64,000 nt of DNA from the NCBI GenBank assembly GCA_018712265.1, contig DVHF01000080.1, forward strand, positions 855-64,854. Reading direction: 5' to 3'. How positions within the stretch are numbered: position 1 is the first letter of the stretch; every line of letters starts with the position of its first letter. The translations under genes and the position numbers were made by a program. This stretch comes from Candidatus Gallacutalibacter pullicola. Lineage in GTDB: Bacteria > Bacillota > Clostridia > Oscillospirales > Acutalibacteraceae. The notes under the pieces are model-generated. The model saw only the letters and a program-made list of their open reading frames with translations, made no database searches and was not told the DNA's origin. Below, piece after piece: positions 1-14,838 of this stretch.

Positions 1-420
1 GGCTACTACGGGGAACGTCTCGTTTTGCTGGCTCAGCGTCTGGGGCTTAATACCTGTTGGGTAGCCATGACTTTCGGAAAAAACGCCGCCAAAAGCCGCT
101 GTACCATTGCGTCCGGGGAGAAGCTGGTATGTGTGCTGTCCCTGGGCTATGGCGCCACGCAGGGAACGGCGCACAAGAGCAAATCTATGGATGCGCTCTG
201 TCATACAGAAGGCGCCATGCCGGAATGGTTCCGCAAAGGCATGGAAGCAGCCATGCTGGCTCCTACAGCGATGAATCAGCAGAAATTTTTGATTTCTCTC
301 CTTGGCAATAACGTCACAGCAAAATCTCTGGGCGGCTTCTATTCCAAGGTGGATTTAGGCATTATCAAGTATCACTTTGAAATGGGTGCGGGGAAAGAAA
401 ATTTTCAGTGGTCTAAATAA
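1..420 (+). CDS. nitroreductase family protein, C-terminal part (5' end lies outside the window)
   Basis: Frame-1 ORF is open to the window edge. LGLNTCWV and AAMLAPTAMNQQKF motifs are typical of FMN nitroreductases. Confidence 0.6.
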   Translation, partial: GYYGERLVLLAQRLGLNTCWVAMTFGKNAAKSRCTIASGEKLVCVLSLGYGATQGTAHKSKSMDALCHTEGAMPEWFRKGMEAAMLAPTAMNQQKFLISLLGNNVTAKSLGGFYSKVDLGIIKYHFEMGAGKENFQWSK

Positions 421-796
421 AAAGCATTTTTATTCCGCGCTATGCTTCTCTGCCTTATCAAAAGGATGTCTCCAGCACAATCGGAACATGAGCGGCTTAT
501 TTGCCCCGCTGTTCAAAGGATGGATTTGGAAATTCTTAATATTGCCTGCATTTGTAAAACAATATTCAATATGGAGCCTTTGTCTTTATGTCGGTAAAGA
601 TAGAATGTATTCTGCGATTCCTGTCTTTGTTTTTCACCGCTGATATGATGATAAGCTGAAACAAGTCTTATATCATTCAGTTCCCCTACAACTGCGCTAT
701 TGCACTATGATTGCGCAGACCGTGTTTCCGACCCCATATTGTATTGCTGTTAAAGTTTTTCATAATTATTACGTTTGAAGTATATCCTTATTGTAC

Positions 797-907
797 TTAA
801 TCCGGATTTTCACATTTCTGAATCACATAAATGCCGGTGTGAAGTTTGGCTATTTCTTGGAATTTCGCACGAAATTTTCCGTTGCAATTCCAACTTACAA
901 TTCTCAT
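797..907 (-). pseudogene. 36-codon N-terminal remnant of an endonuclease/exonuclease/phosphatase (ExoIII-like) gene
   Basis: ATG at 907 follows GGAGAAAGGGGAG. MRIVSWNCNGKF...IYVIQKCE matches the conserved EEP N-terminus and is followed by a stop. Surroundings are AT-rich and non-coding. Confidence 0.45.
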
Positions 908-1019
908 CAGTACTCCCCTTTCTCCTGCTGTCAGGATTTCAAGGGCAGCTCCATTCATATTTATCTTTAAATTCTTTCCTGATGATCCGGCCTGCAAGCG
1001 TCTCATTTAAACACTTTCC

Positions 1020-1060
1020 CTAAAAGATGCAGCCGCTGTGTTTTTCGCAGCGGCTGCATC
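1020..1060 (-). terminator. rho-independent terminator downstream of recG
   Basis: 13-bp stem GATGCAGCCGCTG (1026-1038) pairs with CAGCGGCTGCATC (1048-1060), followed on the minus strand by TTTTA. Confidence 0.6.
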
Positions 1061-1141
1061 TTTACTTATTGCCATATAGATTTTTGCCAAACAGAATAGC
1101 AGCATCATTTCTGATATCGCTGCCGCGGAAAACAATCCATT

Positions 1142-3184
1142 CTAATTGAATATAATTTCACCGCTTTTGGAAAATAGCTGGTTGACCTCCGCGCGCAGTC
1201 CACGGTGTTCCGGCTGCATAAGCGGCGGATCCTCTGTGAAAATTTCCCGCGCCGCCTCCTGAGCATCCCGCAGGACATCCATATTCCCCGCCATATCCGC
1301 GATCCGTAGGGCAGGGAGTCCGTGCTGGCGGCTCCCAAAGAAATCCCCTGGACCGCGCAGCTTGAGATCCTCATCGGCAATCCGGAAGCCATCCGACGAA
1401 CTGGCCAGAATTTTCAGACGACGCATGGTATCCCCGTTCTGCGCGTCAGAGACGAGGATGCAGGTTGACTTCTCTGTCCCACGGCCCACACGTCCCCGCA
1501 GCTGGTGCAGCTGGGAGAGCCCGTACCGTTCCGCGTTTTCGATCAGCATGATTACCGCATTAGGCACATCCACCCCAACCTCCACTACCGTGGTGGAAAC
1601 GAGAATATCAATCTCCCCTGCCGCAAAGGAAGTCATCACCGCTTCCTTTTCTTTCGGCTTCATCCGTCCGTGCAGAATTCCTACACGCGCCCGGGGCATC
1701 CATTCCTCGCGCAGTCGTTTGGCATACTGCTCAACGCTGGCCATATCACTGCCGCTTTCCTCTATCAGCGGACAGATGATGTAGCATTGCAATCCACGGT
1801 CAATATGCTTTTGCAGATATCCGAATGCGCGCTGGCGTTTTGCGCTGTCAATCACATACGTTTCAATTTTCTGTCTGCCGGGCGGAAGCTCATCCAGTAC
1901 AGAGATCTCCAAATCTCCATAGATCATCAGCGCCAGCGTGCGCGGAATCGGCGTGGCGGACATGACCAGCAGGTGCGGATGACCCCCCTTTGCCGCGAGC
2001 GCCGCCCGCTGTGCGACACCGAACCGGTGCTGCTCATCTGTGATAACCAGTCCCAGCCGGCTGAACTCCACATCATCGCTGAACAGCGCCTGTGTCCCAA
2101 TGAGCACTTGTGTTGCTCCGGATCGCAAATTTTCCAGGATCTCGCGCCGTTTTGCGGCGGTCACAGAGCCAGTCAGCAGAGCGGCGGAGATCCCCGTTCC
2201 CTCCAAAAAACTGCAAAGCGAGCGATAATGCTGCTGCGCCAGCAGTTCCGTAGGAGCCATCAAGGCCGACTGTATTCCGGATCGCGCTGCACAGTAGCAC
2301 AACGCTGCCGCAACTGCTGTCTTTCCGGAGCCGACATCGCCCTGTACCAGACGGTTCATGGGATAGGGACCCATCATATCAGCGATTGCCTCGCTCACAG
2401 CACGCCTCTGTGCGTGCGTAGGCGTGAACGGGAGCAGCCCGAAAAACGCTTCGCTGTCATCCCGGGAGAGACGGAACCTGTTTTCTTCCCGCGATCTTCC
2501 TTTCATACCGAGCATTCCCAGCTGAAGCACCAGGAATTCCTCAAAAACCAGCCGCCTGCGCGCCTTTTGGAGCAGCTCCTGTGATGCTGGAAAATGGATC
2601 TGTTCGAGGGCCTCCCGCAGCGGGAGAAGCTCTTGACTCTCCCGGAGATTCTCCGGAATGGGATCCCGTATCTGCTCCGGCAGCAGGGCAAATGTGTTGC
2701 GGACAGCAGAAGCGATCATCCTGTTGGACAGCCCCTCGGTCTGCGAATATACCGGACGAATCGGCGCGGCTTTATCCGCCGGAAGAAAATCCGGCGCAGC
2801 CATCTCACGCCGCAGGAACGTTCCGGACATCTTGCCGCGAAACAAATACTCTTTTCCTTCCTCAAGCAGATTCTGCACATACGGATTATTAAAATATGTC
2901 AGGGAGAGGTCGGAAACACCGTCGGTAACTTTCACCTTATATAAGGTCATACCCTTGCGTATGCGGTTCTCCACCGGGCGATGCAGCACCGTCGCACGCA
3001 CCACACAGACGCTTTCCAACGGCACCGTCAGAATCGGAAGCGGATTACTCCAATCCTCATAGCTGCGCGGATAAAAGCGGAGCAGTTCGCCGGCACTGTG
3101 GACGCCGAGCTTTTCAAACAGCTCCGCCCTTTTGGGACCGATCCCTTTTATTGTCTGAAGCCTGCGTTCAAAAAGTGAAGCCAT
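1142..3184 (-). CDS. recG: ATP-dependent DNA helicase RecG
   Basis: 680 aa with an N-terminal wedge/OB region. Helicase motifs GDVGSGKT, DEQHRFG and QLRGRVGRG are present. Confidence 0.95.
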   Translation of the reverse strand: MASLFERRLQTIKGIGPKRAELFEKLGVHSAGELLRFYPRSYEDWSNPLPILTVPLESVCVVRATVLHRPVENRIRKGMTLYKVKVTDGVSDLSLTYFNNPYVQNLLEEGKEYLFRGKMSGTFLRREMAAPDFLPADKAAPIRPVYSQTEGLSNRMIASAVRNTFALLPEQIRDPIPENLRESQELLPLREALEQIHFPASQELLQKARRRLVFEEFLVLQLGMLGMKGRSREENRFRLSRDDSEAFFGLLPFTPTHAQRRAVSEAIADMMGPYPMNRLVQGDVGSGKTAVAAALCYCAARSGIQSALMAPTELLAQQHYRSLCSFLEGTGISAALLTGSVTAAKRREILENLRSGATQVLIGTQALFSDDVEFSRLGLVITDEQHRFGVAQRAALAAKGGHPHLLVMSATPIPRTLALMIYGDLEISVLDELPPGRQKIETYVIDSAKRQRAFGYLQKHIDRGLQCYIICPLIEESGSDMASVEQYAKRLREEWMPRARVGILHGRMKPKEKEAVMTSFAAGEIDILVSTTVVEVGVDVPNAVIMLIENAERYGLSQLHQLRGRVGRGTEKSTCILVSDAQNGDTMRRLKILASSSDGFRIADEDLKLRGPGDFFGSRQHGLPALRIADMAGNMDVLRDAQEAAREIFTEDPPLMQPEHRGLRAEVNQLFSKSGEIIFN

Positions 3185-3568
3185 ATTCCCTCCACGTTGG
3201 GTTCTGGATTTGGCAGCCGCTGATTTCTGAAATCCCTATGGGATCAGTTTGACAACATTCACATGCAGAAAAACAAACATGTGATCCTGCGGCTGTTCTT
3301 ATTATTTTACACCAAATCGGCCTCTTATTTTTCTAAATTAGAAAAATAAGCAACAAGCCCCTTGATGAAACTTGATATGAAAAGAATATCTTGAACGCAA
3401 TCAGCGAGTTCGCTATTTTTCAACATTCTTCCCAGAGTAGTCTTTCTTCGTCTGATGTCTCTGGGCCCTGAATGAATATCAAGCAAAGCTAAAACATGAA
3501 AAAGAATCTTTTGTTAGTTTGGAGACTATCGGAAAAACGCATACATCACCGGCACCTAAAACTATCAT

Positions 3569-6500
3569 AGATTCCCCCGCAGGTGCGGGGGAAAGTTTGC
3601 TGTTTGCTGTGCTGCTTGAGCGGTGCTAGGATCACCCCCGCGGGTGCGGGGAAAAGGGGATACGCCGTTGCGGATAGGCGTCGCCTGAAGGATCACCCCC
3701 GCAGGTGCGGGGAAAAGGGCGGTAGTCCGTCCGCCCCTCAAAAACCCAAAGGATCACCCCCGCAGGTGCGGGGAAAAGCGGGACTGGTACCGTGCTTCTT
3801 GACACTGACAGGGATCACCCCCGCGAGTGCGGGGAAAAGAAAAAGCAGCGCGTGGTATCAGAGGCAGAAACCGGATCACCCCCGCGGGTGCGGGGAAAAG
3901 TCCATATACGGCGGCGCGCATCATATATCCATAGGATCACCCCCGCAGGTGCGGGGAAAAGGAGCTTTCTCAACAGTCGAAAAAATACGACCCCGGATCA
4001 CCCCCGCAGGTGCGGGGAAAAGGCTATGCTCATGTCCTCCGGGCTTTCCAGCTCGGGATCACCCCCGCAGGTGCGGGGAAAAGCCCTTCGGCATATCGCG
4101 CATTTTTAGAACCGGAGGATCACCCCCGCAGGTGCGGGGAAAAGATGAGAGTACCCGCACTTGCGCAAAACAGGAGGGGATCACCCCCGCAGGTGCGGGG
4201 AAAAGAGAGGGATCCTTGTCTTGATACTTAGGCAACTAGGATCACCCCCGCAGGTGCGGGGAAAAGTGACAGAATGTTTCTCAAGCTCTTTGTGGACTGG
4301 GATCACCCCCGCAGGTGCGGGGAAAAGCTTATGTTACGGCTATATGATACCACAGAAAACGGATCACCCCCGCAGGTGCGGGGAAAAGTATCTAAGGCGC
4401 TATCGTGACGCAAGCCGCGAGGGGATCACCCCCGCAGGTGCGGGGAAAAGGCCCTTTTTTCACAGAAAAAGCATGAATAACAGGGATCACCCCCGCAGGT
4501 GCGGGGAAAAGTCCAAAAATAGAAATACCAATTGTCTTGATTTAGGATCACCCCCGCAGGTGCGGGGAAAAGATGTTTTAACCTCTGCATCCGTCTACGT
4601 TCCTAGGATCACCCCCGCAGGTGCGGGGAAAAGGCCCCGAAAAGGTGATGGCTCGTGCTCTTAAAAGGATCACCCCCGCAGGTGCGGGGAAAAGATCATA
4701 CGATACATTGAATTTTTGACATATCAGGGATCACCCCCGCAGGTGCGGGGAAAAGTTGTGCTTTGCTTCACGTTTGTTTCCGTTTTGCGGATCACCCCCG
4801 CAGGTGCGGGGAAAAGTTGACAAAATACCGGCACACAAAGTCTGCCGTAGGATCACCCCCGCAGGTGCGGGGAAAAGCGCGTGGAACCGGATGATAGAGG
4901 AGGAACGACGGGATCACCCCCGCAGGTGCGGGGAAAAGGATGATTCAAAACGAAGTTTTCAAATTTTGCTGGGATCACCCCCGCAGGTGCGGGGAAAAGT
5001 GGAAGCAGGCTCTGGACGTGAACTACTCGCCGAGGATCACCCCCGCAGGTGCGGGGAAAAGCCAGAAAACAAAACACCAACTCGCTCGGGGCGGGGATCA
5101 CCCCCGCAGGTGCGGGGAAAAGTGACACACCTGATTCTATCAATGTTACACCCACGGATCACCCCCGCAGGTGCGGGGAAAAGTTCTCGACCGCCTGATA
5201 GCGCAGGCTGGGAAGAGGATCACCCCCGCAGGTGCGGGGAAAAGTGTGAATTTCATGACAGTTTGACAGGAGCCAAAGGATCACCCCCGCAGGTGCGGGG
5301 AAAAGTTTGTTTAATCGGGTATGTCACATCCATAATTGGGATCACCCCCGCAGGTGCGGGGAAAAGTTTCTTCTATCTGTTGCAAACACATCTTCTGAAG
5401 GATCACCCCCGCAGGTGCGGGGAAAAGCTCCCGTAGCCTTGTGGGTAGCCGTCACCGGAGGGATCACCCCCGCAGGTGCGGGGAAAAGGAAAGCAGATTT
5501 TGATGCGAAAGCTGCGTATGAGGATCACCCCCGCAGGTGCGGGGAAAAGTGTCTTTATCAAATGATTTAGATTTTGAATTTGGGATCACCCCCGCAGGTG
5601 CGGGGAAAAGTCTCCGGCTGATACACACTTGTTGCAGTAAGAGGGATCACCCCCGCAGGTGCGGGGAAAAGTGCTCTTTCACTTCCTGCACATCATCCAG
5701 CATCGGATCACCCCCGCAGGTGCGGGGAAAAGTATGCACAACTGACGGCGGAAATTGAGGCGCTCAGGATCACCCCCGCAGGTGCGGGGAAAAGATTGAG
5801 GACGTGTGTAAGGTGCTGGGGGTTCCGGGATCACCCCCGCAGGTGCGGGGAAAAGGTATCGGGCTGAGCGGTAGAGTTCATGCGTTTGGGATCACCCCCG
5901 CAGGTGCGGGGAAAAGGAAGAAACCCTCCTCCATATACTCGCGTATTTGGGATCACCCCCGCAGGTGCGGGGAAAAGCTTTCCAGAACGCTGATGAATTT
6001 GGGCGTTTTAGGATCACCCCCGCAGGTGCGGGGAAAAGAATCTCCATCTTCCATCGTGTCACCAACTTTAAGGATCACCCCCGCAGGTGCGGGGAAAAGC
6101 CGTCAGTCTCTTGATACTTTACATGAACATGGGGATCACCCCCGCAGGTGCGGGGAAAAGTCGATACCCCGATCCGGGCCTTATCCTCTGGGAGGATCAC
6201 CCCCGCAGGTGCGGGGAAAAGACTGAAATTAAAAGTTCGGGTCTTTCGGCTGGAGGATCACCCCCGCAGGTGCGGGGAAAAGAGTGTGGGTGGGATGGGC
6301 CGTCAAGGGTTCGGGGGATCACCCCCGCAGGTGCGGGGAAAAGCTGCGGGCTTTGAAGATGGACAGGCTTGACGCGGGATCACCCCCGCAGGTGCGGGGA
6401 AAAGGTTTGACGCATATGCTTAAAAGCTTCACACGGCGGATCACCCCCGCAGGTGCGGGGAAAAGCCCTTACTAGTACCGGGTACGTGCGTCGGGATGGG

Positions 6501-6587
6501 ATCACCCCCGCAGGTGCGGGGAAAAGCACATATCCGCGCGAGAGAGGGTGCTCACGTTAGGATCACCCCCGCAGGTGCGGGGAAAAG
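3569..6587 (-). CRISPR. type I-E CRISPR array with 50 repeats and 49 unique spacers
   Basis: 28-nt repeat GGATCACCCCCGCAGGTGCGGGGAAAAG on the plus strand, CTTTTCCCCGCACCTGCGGGGGTGATCC on the minus strand. The unit is 61 bp in 46 cases and 62 bp in 3. The terminal repeat at 3569-3595 is degenerate. Confidence 0.97.
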
Positions 6588-6813
6588 ACTAAAAAAACAC
6601 CGATTTTAAGCCACTTTCCGATGTCCAACTAACTGCAATTTATTTAGTTTGTATCGGGCAAAATCAGAATTTGCAAATTTTTCGATCCCCAAGAACTCCC
6701 AAGATATCGCAACGGAAATAAAATCGTTGGTTACAGAATCCTACTTTTCTCTGCCATGTTATCATCGTGATTATCTATGCAAAGATGTGAAACCGGAAAA
6801 ATCACCCAGCATC
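6588..6813 (-). promoter_or_regulatory. CRISPR leader (AT-rich, between the cas6e stop and the first repeat)
   Basis: 226 bp of AT-rich non-coding DNA adjoins the invariant end of the array, on the same strand as the cas operon. Confidence 0.6.
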
Positions 6814-7464
6814 CTATCTGCTTAAATCAGATTGGCGCATAACCGTCATCAATCCCAGGCCGTAGGCTTTCCCGCGGCCAATTCCATTTTTCAGCAGCTG
6901 ACAGAATTGCTGTTCATCCGTGATCTGCAAGATCCCCTCATAGGTTACGGACAGAATCGTCACCGGACGTCCGCCGTCTCTGCCCTTGGAAAAATGAAGC
7001 CACTTGGATTCCGTAACGGTAAACTTGTCCGGTAAAAGCGCAAATCCGTGCTTTGGCGCGCGATCCAAAAGCCACTGCTTCTGAAATTCCACCGAGCAGT
7101 GTGCCTTTACTGTGCCGCGGATATCCGAATCTTTTTTTCCCGGGCAGCTCTTGGTAGGATTTGCTGTCAGCCGGAACCGCCATACGCTGCCAGGTGAAAT
7201 CCGTTTCAGCAGCGGTGTGTAATCCTGGATCTCCGGTGCAGCTTCCTGTCTGCCGAACTGCCTGACAAGCTCTGTCAAATCCGGCTGATCCTCGCTGAGA
7301 ACCAGCAGATATAATTTTCCTCCCAGACGATCCAGCCTCCACAGCCGCCGCTTGCGTTCTCCGGGAAAGGAGGATTCCACCGCTCCATGCAGCTTTTGCG
7401 GAGCGGCAAGCGCCTGCATGGTGGTGCGGCGGGTTATATCCAATTCTACTCTGGACAAGTACAT
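6814..7464 (-). CDS. cas6e: Cas6e (CasE) crRNA endoribonuclease
   Basis: The MYLSRVELD start is typical of Cas6e, and the C-terminal glycine-rich GIGRGKAYGLGLM loop is present. It is the last gene of the I-E operon. The start was moved to the internal ATG at 7464. Confidence 0.85.
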   Translation of the reverse strand: MYLSRVELDITRRTTMQALAAPQKLHGAVESSFPGERKRRLWRLDRLGGKLYLLVLSEDQPDLTELVRQFGRQEAAPEIQDYTPLLKRISPGSVWRFRLTANPTKSCPGKKDSDIRGTVKAHCSVEFQKQWLLDRAPKHGFALLPDKFTVTESKWLHFSKGRDGGRPVTILSVTYEGILQITDEQQFCQLLKNGIGRGKAYGLGLMTVMRQSDLSR

Positions 7465-7468
7465 TCTG

Positions 7469-8167
7469 TCACCCCAATTCTGTAAACGGATCATGTGTGG
7501 TTTCGCCGGGCAGTACAGATGGTTCCGTCATTACAATTTCCTGCACCGCGCGGTAGCCATACTGCCGGTGGATCGGGCTGAACGAGATCGGCAGATCGCG
7601 TACGGGAACACTCTCCGCGTTTCCCGGCTCCGCATCCGTACAAATACGGAAAGTACGCGGCTCGGTTCGGTTCTGATCCGGCACGAGCGGCGGCTCATGC
7701 CGCAGTGCTTCGAGCAGGTCAAGAGGACAGATTCCAAGGCAGAGAGGCTGTGTCGGCGGGCACGAGCGCCGTCCCAGAAACAGCGGAAAAGCCGGATGGC
7801 GCAGTGCTTCCTCAAGCTGTTCCAGCCACGCAGAATCGTCGCTCTCCAGCCCCACCAGGAAAACGGCGTCGCAGAGATAATGCCGCTGGGTCACATAGGT
7901 CTGTTTGGAGCTTTTCCACGGGAGAGAGTTGCCTGCTGTGTGGTAATCTATCAGCAGGCTTCCTTCCCGATCCACCCTCACGGCAAAACGCAGCTGGTTC
8001 AGCTTCTCTATTTTCTCCGTTTCATCCCGGCGCAGGCCAAGAGCCGCCGACAATAAACCAATAATCCCGCTTTTGGTTGGTTCTCTGTTCGTCTTGCGTG
8101 TTTCAAATTTTGAGTCCATCCCCCAGGACTGCAGCGGCGCGGCCAGACGCAGCAACAATGTGGCCAT
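7469..8167 (-). CDS. cas5e: Cas5e (CasD)
   Basis: N-terminus MATLLLRLAAPLQSWG is characteristic of Cas5e. Position in the operon fits. Confidence 0.85.
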   Translation of the reverse strand: MATLLLRLAAPLQSWGMDSKFETRKTNREPTKSGIIGLLSAALGLRRDETEKIEKLNQLRFAVRVDREGSLLIDYHTAGNSLPWKSSKQTYVTQRHYLCDAVFLVGLESDDSAWLEQLEEALRHPAFPLFLGRRSCPPTQPLCLGICPLDLLEALRHEPPLVPDQNRTEPRTFRICTDAEPGNAESVPVRDLPISFSPIHRQYGYRAVQEIVMTEPSVLPGETTHDPFTELG

Positions 8168-9237
8168 TATTCCACCCCGTTTCCATCCATATGGCGGCGC
8201 ACCGCTGTCTCCAACGCGTCCAGCATATCATTCAGCGGCATAGCAGGAGCCAGGCTTTCCAGCCCCATTCCCACGGTAAAGGCATCCTGAGGCGCCCCTG
8301 TATAATACTGATAGACCTGCTTCGCGTAATCGGTCAATTTCTGTTTCGATGGCTCCGCAAAGCCATTCGGGGAAGCAGGAACCGCTTTCTCGAAAGCGCC
8401 GCAGAGATTTACCGGCTGATCGCACCGGACAGTAACGTAAACGGCATCCGGCAGGGTGCGGTTTGCGAACGAGTTCTGTTTGCCGGTGGGCATGGAGCAG
8501 ATGAAAGCTTCCGCAAACGCACGGACAACGGCAGCCGTCCCCTGTGCGTCCAGATGGTTCGCCAGTTCCATTGCATTGACCGTCGCGTACCGGTAGAGGG
8601 TGGAGGAATTGAACTCGATAGTGCCGAGATGTCCCGCACCCGAAGTATCCTCCGGCGCACAGTCATCCACTGCTGTGAAGTAATCATATTCGGTCTGCAC
8701 GGCATGGGTGGAAATCGCGTGCGCCACCTGCGCCGCCGCGTCATAATTCAGGGAAGGATCGCTCGCTACCATGCGCCCAAACAGTACCATATCTGCCGCC
8801 GGAGCAAGCTTGATCGCTTCCTTATACTGTGATTTATCCTTACAGTCGTTGACAATCAGATCTGCCAGCGCCCGCGCCTGTGTCCAGCTCATGAAGAACA
8901 GGGTGTCCAGATTATCCCCCTTGGCAATTTTCAGTCCAGCGTTCTCCACCGCCTTTTTCGCCAGCTTAGGAGCGTCCTGTTCCGGTGCAAGGGTTTTGAT
9001 TTCCTGTTCCACCATACCGACAACTTTCTTCGTCCGCTCCCCGATCTGCTCCGGATCCAGCAAGCCCTCCCGGAACAGAATCCGCACAGCGCGCTTCCAC
9101 GCCTGTGAGGAGACGCGCGCACGGGTAGTACCTCCATACACCGCCGTCTTGGGGCTGCCGGTATCGTCGCGGTTGACGCAGCTGGGCGGTACAGTCTGCA
9201 AAACGTGAAAATCAATATACAGGCGTTTCTTATCCAT
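8167..9237 (-). CDS. cas7e: Cas7e (CasC/Cse4) Cascade backbone subunit
   Basis: Contains FHVLQTVPPSCVNRDDTGSPKTAVYGG...RVSSQAWKR, the Cas7e signature. 356 aa. Confidence 0.9.
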   Translation of the reverse strand: MDKKRLYIDFHVLQTVPPSCVNRDDTGSPKTAVYGGTTRARVSSQAWKRAVRILFREGLLDPEQIGERTKKVVGMVEQEIKTLAPEQDAPKLAKKAVENAGLKIAKGDNLDTLFFMSWTQARALADLIVNDCKDKSQYKEAIKLAPAADMVLFGRMVASDPSLNYDAAAQVAHAISTHAVQTEYDYFTAVDDCAPEDTSGAGHLGTIEFNSSTLYRYATVNAMELANHLDAQGTAAVVRAFAEAFICSMPTGKQNSFANRTLPDAVYVTVRCDQPVNLCGAFEKAVPASPNGFAEPSKQKLTDYAKQVYQYYTGAPQDAFTVGMGLESLAPAMPLNDMLDALETAVRRHMDGNGVE

Positions 9238-9870
9238 AATGGTTTCTCCTTCCTTTTCAGACCGGTCCGGATGAAATCTGCATTTCGGGCCGGATTTTTT
9301 ACTCTCTTTCCTCTCAACGAGAAAAATTATTCTTCAGAAGATTCTTTTTCCGATGCGGCATGGGAATAATACTCCTGTCCCCAGCGCAGGCGCACACGGG
9401 CTGACGAATCGGGGAACTGCAGGTTATACAGATCCGCCGCCAGCTGCGGATAGTCCAGCGGAATATCGTTAGCGCGCAGAAGCTGGATCATCCCGCGCAG
9501 ATGCTGGGAAACCTCCCGTATACTGCTGGCAGTAGCCAGCGCGTTGAACCGCCGGAAAACACCGTTTTTCTCCGGCTGATCCTCAGGATCCACCAGACGG
9601 TGGACGGCGCTGCCAAACTTCACGCCTTCCTTGTTCATGCTTTTTTCCGGCAGCTCGTTTCCCTGCTGGTGCATGGCATAGAGCGTCAGGGCAAGATAAA
9701 TCGACCATTCCGCCCTTGTCGGCTCCCCGCTGGTGCTTTGCAGCTCCTGCGGCATTCCGAGCAGAAAGCTTCCCCACAGCTCCGGCAAATCCCCCGGGAC
9801 GCGCCCCACGCCGCGCCGCAGGTTTGCCAGCGCCGCTTTCCTCGGATGCTCCGGCAGATCCTGCAGCTGC

Positions 9871-14299
<4,429 letters not shown>

Positions 14300-14394
14300 T
14301 CATGTATATTTTTTCTAATTATACCATACTTTTCCTAAATATTATTCTTTTTTAGCAAAATAATTCCAGTCATCCGGAAAGCTCTTTCCCAAGG

Positions 14395-14432
14395 ACAACA
14401 AAATCCCCCGAAGTTTTTCTGTACTTCGGGGG
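14395..14432 (-). terminator. terminator-like hairpin between the transketolase genes and cas3
   Basis: Stem CCCCCGAAGT (14405-14414) pairs with ACTTCGGGGG (14423-14432), followed on the minus strand by ATTTTGTTG. Confidence 0.5.
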
Positions 14433-14838
14433 ATTCTATCAGGAATCCTGTTTCTTTTGCGTCTTTTCTATTTGATACCCAGGCTTTCCGCAGTAAAGCG
14501 GATCAGGCGATCCATCTGATCTATCTCACTGCGAACCAGATCCGTTACCTCCAAGCTGCTTCTTGAGCGCGTATAGGTGTGGATCGGAAGCCCAATCTTT
14601 GGGAATTCCTGTTTTCCACACGGCACCGGATTTACAATGTACTATTCTCTATGACAACACAGCTAAATTGAAGCAAAACTGAAGGACTTACCGTCTGCTC
14701 TTCACAGACAGCAAGCCCTTTCAGCTGCTCGAACAATATTGACTGAATTTATCTGTCTAAACCTTTGAGCATACTTCAAACAGACGGTACGCCCGTTATG
14801 ATTTCAATACAGCAGACAACAGGGAATCCTTTGGAAGA

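Noticed and set aside
1142-3184. recG adjacency to the I-E array as a functional link to primed adaptation
   Set aside because: recG is a conserved housekeeping gene with its own terminator and an AT-rich spacer separating it from the array. The adjacency is most likely coincidental.
3583-6475. More than 15 overlapping plus- and minus-strand ORFs across the array, with recurring peptides GSPPQVRGK, ITPAGAGK and DHPRRCGEK
   Set aside because: They are translations of the 28-nt CRISPR repeat in three frames. The 61-nt periodicity and the lack of any RBS show they are not coding.
6588-6813. Remnant of cas2 or cas1 hidden in the leader
   Set aside because: No frame gives more than a few codons of Cas2- or Cas1-like sequence. 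The composition is uniformly AT-rich, like a leader.
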